52,707 nucleotides of DNA from the NCBI GenBank assembly GCA_041179245.1, contig JBEGTT010000155.1, positions 1 through 52,707 of the forward strand. The letters run 5' to 3'. The DNA comes from Pseudomonadota bacterium. GTDB lineage: Bacteria; Pseudomonadota; Gammaproteobacteria; Burkholderiales; Rhodocyclaceae. Below are positions 40,806 through 47,867 of this stretch, piece by piece. A program made the position numbers and the translations under genes. How positions within the stretch are numbered: position 1 is the first letter of the stretch; every line of letters starts with the position of its first letter. The notes under the pieces were generated by a model. It had not been told where the DNA came from. It did no database searches and saw only the letters and a program-made list of their open reading frames with translations.

Positions 40806-42152
40806 ATGAACGCCATTGACATCTTTCCCTGGGATGACAATTTTAATACCGGGATAGATGAAATCGACGAGCAGCACAAACGCTTAGTGTTGCTGCTGAA
40901 CAAACTCGCCAGCCACGTTGCTTTTCGTTCTGACACCATTGAGCTAAACAGCATCTTTGATGAGCTGATCGACTACACGGTTTATCACTTCGAAACTGAA
41001 GAGAAAATCTGGGATCGTTACTTTATTGATGATAAAGCGGCGGCTCAGCATCAGGCGACTCACGCCAGTTTTGTCGACATGGTTCAGTTACTCAAAGATC
41101 AGCAGGACAAAAAACCGCTACGACAAATTGCCGAAGAAGCCTTGGATTATCTGGTTCGTTGGTTGGCATCGCACATTCTTGAAACGGATCGTTTCATGGC
41201 CTACGCTGTTGCCGCCATCCAAGCTGGAAAATCATTGGATGAGGCAAAAGCCGAGGCTACCGAGCGAATGACGGGTGCCACCCGGTCAATGATCGACATC
41301 ATTTTGTCGATCTATTCAACCCTTTCGCATAACACCCTGCAACTGATGCGTAAGCTAGTAGAGCAGGAGGAAGCTGAAGCGGCGCTACGTCAAAGTAAGG
41401 AGGAGTTACTCAAGGCAAAGGAGCGTGCCGAAGCAGCCAACCGTGCCAAAAGCCAGTTCCTAGCCACCATCAGCCATGAAATCCGAACCCCGCTGAATGG
41501 CGTATTAGGCATGGCGCAACTGTTGTTATTACCCGGTTTGTCGCAGGAAGAGCAGAACGAATTCGTTCATAACATTCTGAGTTCGGGAAACACCCTGCTG
41601 GCCCTGCTTAATGATGTGCTCGACGTTTCAAAAGTAGAGGCTGGGAAAATGGATCTAGTGCTCGCTAGTGTTTCTCCCGCTCAACTCCTTGATGATGTTT
41701 CCGCCCTGATGGGCGCGAATGCCCACACCAAAGGATTGTGCCTGTCCGTTGTTTGGAACGGCCCAACGCTACGCCACTACAGCGCTGATCCCGTCCGAAT
41801 TCGACAAATGCTGACCAATCTTGTCAGCAACGCCATTAAATTTACCGAACATGGGTCAGTTGCTGTTGAAGCGTCGGAAACAAACGAGACCACTATCGAT
41901 CACCAAGTATTTTCGACCCTTAGGTTTGCGGTAACTGATACGGGTATTGGTATCCCGGCCGACAAACTTGAATATCTTTTCCAGCCATTTACCCAATTGG
42001 ACAGTTCTGATACCCGGCAATTTGGCGGAACAGGGCTGGGGCTTTCCATTGTTCGTTCGCTAGCTGAGCGCATGAATGGGCTGACCGGTGTGAAGAGTCA
42101 ACCCGGCGTTGGGTCTACGTTCTGGTTTGAAATCCCGCTTGAGGTTCTCTAA
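40806..42152 (+). CDS. Soluble hemerythrin-domain sensor histidine kinase
   Basis: 448 aa with no TM segment. N-terminal bacteriohemerythrin ligand pattern (DEQHK, YHFETEE, HQATH, SHILETD), coiled coil, H-box [10 protein letters not shown], and N/G1/F/G2 boxes ([24 protein letters not shown]). No receiver or HPt domain. Confidence 0.88.
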   Translation: MNAIDIFPWDDNFNTGIDEIDEQHKRLVLLLNKLASHVAFRSDTIELNSIFDELIDYTVYHFETEEKIWDRYFIDDKAAAQHQATHASFVDMVQLLKDQQDKKPLRQIAEEALDYLVRWLASHILETDRFMAYAVAAIQAGKSLDEAKAEATERMTGATRSMIDIILSIYSTLSHNTLQLMRKLVEQEEAEAALRQSKEELLKAKERAEAANRAKSQFLATISHEIRTPLNGVLGMAQLLLLPGLSQEEQNEFVHNILSSGNTLLALLNDVLDVSKVEAGKMDLVLASVSPAQLLDDVSALMGANAHTKGLCLSVVWNGPTLRHYSADPVRIRQMLTNLVSNAIKFTEHGSVAVEASETNETTIDHQVFSTLRFAVTDTGIGIPADKLEYLFQPFTQLDSSDTRQFGGTGLGLSIVRSLAERMNGLTGVKSQPGVGSTFWFEIPLEVL

Positions 42153-42172
42153 CTGGATTCCAGCAGCAAAAA

Positions 42173-43084
42173 CTAAACCGTTTGGGTTCCGCTAAACCGG
42201 CAAGCCAAAACGGCGTTTTTCACGCAATCAATCGCTTGCGGGCGGGGGTAAGTCACCCGCCAAAGCAGCCCAACGCGCCGATGGGGTGAAGGCTGATCAA
42301 ACGGCAATACTTTAATCAGGTCTTCCTTGCCTACCAGCGGGTCAGCGGCGGTACTCGGCATCACTGCCATGCCGGCACCGCTGGCCACCATGTGACGCAA
42401 TGTTTCCAGCGAACTGCCCTCAATAGCCATTTGCAAACCATCAGGGATATTTAGGCTGGGGCAGGCTTCTAACACCTGATCCCGGAAACAATTACCTTGT
42501 CCAAGCAGTAATAAATCTTCGTGATGCAACTGATCGGAAGCCACTGACGGAAGAGTTGCCCATGGGTGGGATGCCGGAATGACCAAGCGAAAATCTTCGT
42601 CATATAAACCCTGAGAAACCAAGCCTGATTCATTAACCGGCAGCGCAAGAATCACCACGTCCAGCTCACCCTGTTTTAAAGCGGGAATCAGGTTATGGGT
42701 AAAGTCTTCCTTGATAAACAGGGGCATTGCTGGAGCAAGCGCGTGAAGTGCTGGAATAAACTGCGGTAGTAAATACGGCGCGATAGTGTAGATCACGCCC
42801 AGTCGTAAGGTACCAACTAGGGGATCTTTCCCTACGCTGGTCAACTCAGCCAGTTTGACGTTTTCTTCTAGCACCCGCTCGATCTGAGCAATGATCGGTT
42901 CAGCAGAAGGGGTCAGACGGATATCGTTGGCATTCCGCTCGAATAGCGGGAAACCCAACAAGCCTTCCACTTTTTTGATCGCCACGGACAGTGTTGGCTG
43001 ACTCACATGGCAGGCTTCTGCTGCCTTGCCGAAATGCCGATACTTCGCCACTGCCACGATGTAGCGCATTTCGGTCAGGGTCAC
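42173..43084 (-). CDS. oxyR: Peroxide-sensing LysR-family regulator OxyR
   Basis: A GTG start at 43084 gives MTLTEMRYIVAVAKYRHFGKAAEACHVSQPTLS, collinear with E. coli OxyR. The redox Cys pair has 199/208 spacing (GNCFRDQVLEAC). The start overlaps the rsuA stop (GTGA). Confidence 0.85.
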   Translation of the reverse strand: MTLTEMRYIVAVAKYRHFGKAAEACHVSQPTLSVAIKKVEGLLGFPLFERNANDIRLTPSAEPIIAQIERVLEENVKLAELTSVGKDPLVGTLRLGVIYTIAPYLLPQFIPALHALAPAMPLFIKEDFTHNLIPALKQGELDVVILALPVNESGLVSQGLYDEDFRLVIPASHPWATLPSVASDQLHHEDLLLLGQGNCFRDQVLEACPSLNIPDGLQMAIEGSSLETLRHMVASGAGMAVMPSTAADPLVGKEDLIKVLPFDQPSPHRRVGLLWRVTYPRPQAIDCVKNAVLACRFSGTQTV

Positions 43085-43800
43085 GAAGCCTCTTCCGGAT
43101 TTTTTTGTAAGCGCAGAAGATCCGCTGCATCCAGCCAGACCCATTCGCCTTCGGCCAGATTTTTGGGCAGGGTGTAAGAACCAATCTGGATACGTTTTAG
43201 GCTTTCGACCCGATTTTCAGCCGCCCCAACCATGCGCTTAACTTGATGGTAGCGACCTTCGCGCAGGGTCAAATGGATAATGTGGCTATCAACCCCCACA
43301 CAGGCCACCGCCTCAACTGGATCAGGCTCATCGTGGAGCAAAACACCCGAGGTCATGGCGGCCAACAATTCAGGCGTATGCGGATGTTTGAGGTACACCT
43401 CATACACCTTGTCGACTTTTTTCTTGGGCGACGTCAGGGTATGGATAAATTTCCCGTCGTCGGTCAGTACCAATAAACCCGTGGTGTCCTCGTCTAAACG
43501 CCCTACTGCTTGAACCCCCCGCTCTCGAAGGTATCCAGGAAGGAGTGAGTACACGCTTGGGTGATGTTTTGGCTTTTGGGAACACTCCGTATTGGCGGGC
43601 TTGTTCAACACCAAATAAGCCTTTTCCTGATAACGGGTATCCATGCCATCGACTGAAAACGGGAGGTTTAGGGTGTCAAATTCCGCAAAAGGGTCATCCA
43701 CTTCCTGCCCCGCCACGGTCACATACCCACCCCTGATCCGTTGGCGACAATAACGGCGGGTGCCAAAACCCTGCGAATGGAGAATACGTTCGAGGTGCAT
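43081..43800 (-). CDS. rsuA: RsuA-family pseudouridine synthase with an S4 domain
   Basis: Trimmed to MHLERILHSQGFGTRRYCRQRI (S4 domain). Catalytic motif GRLDEDTTGLLVLTDDG and REGRYHQVKRM. Target specificity not determined. Confidence 0.8.
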   Translation of the reverse strand: MHLERILHSQGFGTRRYCRQRIRGGYVTVAGQEVDDPFAEFDTLNLPFSVDGMDTRYQEKAYLVLNKPANTECSQKPKHHPSVYSLLPGYLRERGVQAVGRLDEDTTGLLVLTDDGKFIHTLTSPKKKVDKVYEVYLKHPHTPELLAAMTSGVLLHDEPDPVEAVACVGVDSHIIHLTLREGRYHQVKRMVGAAENRVESLKRIQIGSYTLPKNLAEGEWVWLDAADLLRLQKNPEEAS

Positions 43801-43821
43801 TAAAAAAACCTTGTGCAAAAA

Positions 43822-44526
43822 TTACATGCCCAGCGATTTCAACAACTCATCGCTGTCGCTATCGTTATTTTTATCGGCCTTGTTTTTTGAAGGCTTTGCC
43901 TTCTTGCCTTTTGCCGCCGCAGCCTCTGCGATCAAGGCATCAGGATCAGGGGCTTCTTCGGCCTCAAAATCTTGAATCTGGATGAACTCCGTGTGATCCA
44001 CTGACAGCTCAAGGTAGAAAATATTGCCCTTGCCGGTGTAGAAGGTCACGCGACGGGCTTCAGGGTTGTCCAGATTGGCATCAACACTCAGATTCACCTG
44101 CTTGTTGAGCACCAACATTTTGGGTTGATTCTGGGTGATGTGTGTTTGTAATTCACGATCCACCTTGCTGGTGAAGTCGCCAACGATCTGGTTCATCAAC
44201 TCGCCCATGACATTACAAACTTCGTCAGATGTATGCGAGATAGCCAGCTCAGCCTGAGAAATGCCCATACTTAACAAGTAGCTGGAGTAGATCTCCATGG
44301 CTGAATCAGCCGAGAAATTCATCACCACCAGTCCGGAAAACCCACCGTCAAACAGAACAAAACAACCGATGTCAGGCCGGAGGCAGGTCTTTGAAATTCG
44401 CTGAACCATGCCGGAATAACGGACATCATGGCGAGTTGCGGTGGTTAGCACCTTGGTAACGGAATTACACAGGCTAATCAGAATTTCTTCTGTGCCGTGG
44501 ACAACAGGGTATTTGGAGGAGGTCAT
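43822..44526 (-). CDS. Hypothetical protein, possibly CheX/CheC-like fold, with a charged low-complexity tail
   Basis: 234 aa. The segment GFSGLVVMNF...VCNVMGELMNQIVGDF resembles the CheX/CheC ExxN helix. C-terminal tail AAAAKGKKAKPSKNKADKNNDSDSDELL. The function call is weak. Confidence 0.35.
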   Translation of the reverse strand: MTSSKYPVVHGTEEILISLCNSVTKVLTTATRHDVRYSGMVQRISKTCLRPDIGCFVLFDGGFSGLVVMNFSADSAMEIYSSYLLSMGISQAELAISHTSDEVCNVMGELMNQIVGDFTSKVDRELQTHITQNQPKMLVLNKQVNLSVDANLDNPEARRVTFYTGKGNIFYLELSVDHTEFIQIQDFEAEEAPDPDALIAEAAAAKGKKAKPSKNKADKNNDSDSDELLKSLGM

Positions 44527-44591
44527 AGTGCGGGGCTTTGTGGATTGAACAGCCCGCTATGCTACCTCAAACATGCCACTTCACTCTTTCG

Positions 44592-45944
44592 TTAATACTC
44601 TGCGTGTAATCGAACAGCAAAGATGTTCACTGGGCCTCGATCGGCGTTATAGGCCGGATTCCACACGCGCTGATAATCCCCGGTAATCCAGAACCCCTTG
44701 GCCGCTTGCCAGCTATAAAACCCTTCAACAATGGTTTCAGGGCGGTAGTTAAGCGCACCATCGCCGATAAAGTAAGACATCCCGCCCGCCTGCAAGAATT
44801 GGCGACGTTCCTTGGATAATCCGTTACTTAAGAAGGCCAGGCCAACCGCATCATTTTCCCGATGCCAAGCCTTGCCCTTGAGTAGTACACCGGTTGAAAG
44901 CGATTCGTCCACCTCGGTAAAGGCATAGGTTTCAGTTTGTCCATCAACCTTCATGGCTCGCATGAAGAATCCGACGTTATCACTGATTTCCTGTTCGATA
45001 TTCACCCCCAAACCAACCTTAAATTGTTCTGCATTTCTAACTTGAAAAATCGTTTCAGCATCGGCTCCCGGATTCGCTAGGCGATAACTTAAGGCATCAT
45101 CAAAACGGGCAAGATTGGCTTTGTTGCGCCAAAACAAAACGCGTAATTTTCCAGGGCGCTCATTGAGCGTATGGGCGCGCTCAATTTCAATTTGGTCGCC
45201 GTAATGCTTGCCAATTTGGAAGTCGGTTTGCTGCTCATTGGGACGAACTGGCCCGGTCATGCGACCAATGCGATAGGTCCAATCATCCTGATACCACTCC
45301 GCCGCAAATCCCCAGCCAAAACCACGGGCATCCGCAGCATAGTCATACGCTGCGTAAGTCCAGTTACCCCAATTCATAAACTGAGTACGCGGATCTTTGG
45401 CATACGTATTGTCGTCAAACACGTCCAGTGTTGAAAAATTACCGACCGTCAGAACGAATCTATTTTTGTCGACCATACCGGCCAGTTGATTGAAATCAGA
45501 CGTTACGGACTCAGTACCGCCACCCTGATTCCAGGTTTGCCGCAGAAAAAACCGCTGGTTGTAATACTTCGGTGTTTCGCCTGCCGCCCGAGTAATTTCG
45601 CCATTCGTAAATCCCCCCATCCCCACGAGATTGCGGGTAAATGGAACGCCTTCGACAACCTCCCCGTTGTAGTACAGCTCACCACCCTGCCACGGGCGAA
45701 TCCCAATATGGCCCGTCGTGGAAAAGGTGTACATGTTTTCTGCGGCATTGGTCAGGCTATTGGTGCCCGAGTAGTTAGCCCGGAAACTGGGGTGACGCTG
45801 CCAGTTAAAGGTGGTCTGGAACTTGGCGTCAGCCATCTCTTCTTCTGCGCACGCCAGCATCAAAGGATTGCTTAGACCAAGCCCTAAAATCATCGCCAGC
45901 AATCCACAACGCCCAATCGAAATGCCTACTATTTTTTTCAACAT
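44592..45944 (-). CDS. OprB-family (carbohydrate-selective) porin
   Basis: 450 aa. Signal peptide, then an aromatic/Gly-rich beta-barrel pattern (FQTTFNWQRHPSFRANYSGTNSL...). Aromatic C-terminus RLHAEY. The family call is by recognition only. Confidence 0.55.
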   Translation of the reverse strand: MLKKIVGISIGRCGLLAMILGLGLSNPLMLACAEEEMADAKFQTTFNWQRHPSFRANYSGTNSLTNAAENMYTFSTTGHIGIRPWQGGELYYNGEVVEGVPFTRNLVGMGGFTNGEITRAAGETPKYYNQRFFLRQTWNQGGGTESVTSDFNQLAGMVDKNRFVLTVGNFSTLDVFDDNTYAKDPRTQFMNWGNWTYAAYDYAADARGFGWGFAAEWYQDDWTYRIGRMTGPVRPNEQQTDFQIGKHYGDQIEIERAHTLNERPGKLRVLFWRNKANLARFDDALSYRLANPGADAETIFQVRNAEQFKVGLGVNIEQEISDNVGFFMRAMKVDGQTETYAFTEVDESLSTGVLLKGKAWHRENDAVGLAFLSNGLSKERRQFLQAGGMSYFIGDGALNYRPETIVEGFYSWQAAKGFWITGDYQRVWNPAYNADRGPVNIFAVRLHAEY

Positions 45945-45950
45945 AAACTT

Positions 45951-47798
45951 TCAATTTAGATAATAGGGAATTTCACCCACTACACTCACCAAACTCGTGG
46001 CATGGCGTCTTTCCATGAATACTGCGCCCCGTTTTTGAGCCTCACTGTTTTTCTGGGCCTTCTTGGCCTGTTTTTTGGCAATGGCCGCAGCCGATGAAAC
46101 TTCGCGGTGTGAATCGTACTCACCAGGAAGTACCCGAACTGCCCCCGCTGACAGGGTTGGTAAGGACTGAAAAACCACTTCGCCCTTCCGGTTTTCTGCC
46201 ATATAGCCCCCACTGGCATAATCTTCTTGGCCAACGAGGGTCGCCATCGCTTCGCCAAAGGTGGCGATAATATCCCAGCACCGCTGCTCCCAATCTGGGC
46301 TTTGAAAAACCACAAAAAAGTCATCGCCACCAATGTGCCCAACAAAGTCCCGCGTTGGATCAACGTGTTCCAATAGCATTTGGCCTAACAGCTGGATGAC
46401 GTCATCACCTCGACGGTAACCATAGTTATCGTTAAACGGTTTGAAGTTATCGATATCCACATAGGCCGCAACAAATGGCAAGCGACTTTGCAGCATGCTA
46501 TCAATATGCTCATTTGTCGGCACGTTACCCGGAAGCTGGGTCAGGGGATTGGCATATCGCGCGGCACTGATCTGCATTTCGGTAATCAACGCCATCAGAT
46601 GGTGGCTACTGCCAACACCCAAATAACGGCCCTTGTCCGTAATAATGAATCCGTCGAGCAAATAACGCTTCGGCGCCAACGCCAGCATCATGGCCAGTTC
46701 CTGAATTGTTGCCGTCTGATCGACAATCAGCGGCGCTTGATCCATGAATAAGTCACAAGACCGTTTTCCAAATAACTCTTTCTGAAAAGGCCGCGCAAAA
46801 CGATCAGCCAAAACGTGGCGATTCAACATACCGATAGGCTGCTCTCCTCGCACCACGGGTAACACATCAAGCTGTGCGTCATTCGTAAAATGAGCCAACG
46901 CCGCATCGTTGTTTTCGGTTACCGACAAGGCGGGCAATTCGCGCAGCAGACTGCGTGCCGAAGGTGCAGTTGCCTGAGCCACAACACTTCCACGTAAAAG
47001 CCGAGGACGAGACAGTGCAGCAATGGTTTGTGCATTAGCAAAACGCGGAGGATCTGCAGCCGGCTGAGCCACAAAAAATCCTTGGCAACAGGAAATCCCC
47101 ATGTCACGGACACACAAAAAATCTGCTTCGGTTTCGATCCCTTCGGCAATCAAAGAAGAACGGCAAATTTCCGCAAGATCCTGCATGGCACGAACAAAAT
47201 GGAACTTAATTCGATCAGTCGCAATGCCTTTAATAAAGTGCTTATCAATTTTTACGAATTCGGGCCGCAAATCTGACCACATCCGCAAATTGGAAAAACC
47301 TTCCCCAAGATCATCGATGGCGAACTGAAACCCCTGGCTCCGGTAATGGGTAATCGCATCGAGAACGCCAGGTAAGTCTGTAATTTTCTGGTTTTCAGTG
47401 AGTTCAAACACGATTCGCGAAGGACTGATATTTAAGTCTTTCAAACGATCAGAAAACACCCCCGCTCGTAAATAGGGCGTAAGCAATAAACTGGGGGTGA
47501 CGTTCAGAAACAAGCGGCCAGGAATGTACGAGCCGGCATGCTGGTCAAGCAAAATTTCAAGGCACATCACTTCCAACTCAGGTCCCAAACCCAACAACTG
47601 GGCTTCTTGAAAAAGATGATCTGGGCGTTGTAGATGGGTGCCGTATGGCCCACGAATCAACCCTTCATACCCCAAAAAAGCATTGGCCCGAAAATCCACA
47701 ATAGGCTGGAAGACGGGGTTTAGCGCACGAGTAGACAAGACCCTCTCGATACTGATGTAATCTTCGTTGGGCAGACAATCGAGAGTATTTCGCATCAT
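45951..47798 (-). CDS. EAL phosphodiesterase - CBS pair - degenerate GGDEF protein
   Basis: 615 aa. EAL-domain motifs are all present (YEGLIRG, LFLNV, ELTE, AIDDLGEG, VKIDK, AEGIET, QGF). The central region has CBS-like repeats. The C-terminal GGDEF domain reads GGDDF and has YGY in place of YGH. Confidence 0.85.
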   Translation of the reverse strand: MMRNTLDCLPNEDYISIERVLSTRALNPVFQPIVDFRANAFLGYEGLIRGPYGTHLQRPDHLFQEAQLLGLGPELEVMCLEILLDQHAGSYIPGRLFLNVTPSLLLTPYLRAGVFSDRLKDLNISPSRIVFELTENQKITDLPGVLDAITHYRSQGFQFAIDDLGEGFSNLRMWSDLRPEFVKIDKHFIKGIATDRIKFHFVRAMQDLAEICRSSLIAEGIETEADFLCVRDMGISCCQGFFVAQPAADPPRFANAQTIAALSRPRLLRGSVVAQATAPSARSLLRELPALSVTENNDAALAHFTNDAQLDVLPVVRGEQPIGMLNRHVLADRFARPFQKELFGKRSCDLFMDQAPLIVDQTATIQELAMMLALAPKRYLLDGFIITDKGRYLGVGSSHHLMALITEMQISAARYANPLTQLPGNVPTNEHIDSMLQSRLPFVAAYVDIDNFKPFNDNYGYRRGDDVIQLLGQMLLEHVDPTRDFVGHIGGDDFFVVFQSPDWEQRCWDIIATFGEAMATLVGQEDYASGGYMAENRKGEVVFQSLPTLSAGAVRVLPGEYDSHREVSSAAAIAKKQAKKAQKNSEAQKRGAVFMERRHATSLVSVVGEIPYYLN

Positions 47799-47867
47799 CC
47801 GGTTTTCTGATTATGGGGCCGGCGAAGTTACCAACCCACTATTGCAATTTGATGAAGACGGCCAAGA

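Noticed and set aside
47060-47798. The EAL motif variant EGL (YEGLIRG) as evidence of an inactive phosphodiesterase.
   Set aside because: The essential Glu and all downstream metal and substrate ligands (N, ELTE, DD, K, EGIET, Q) are present. The middle residue of the EAL motif is variable in active enzymes.
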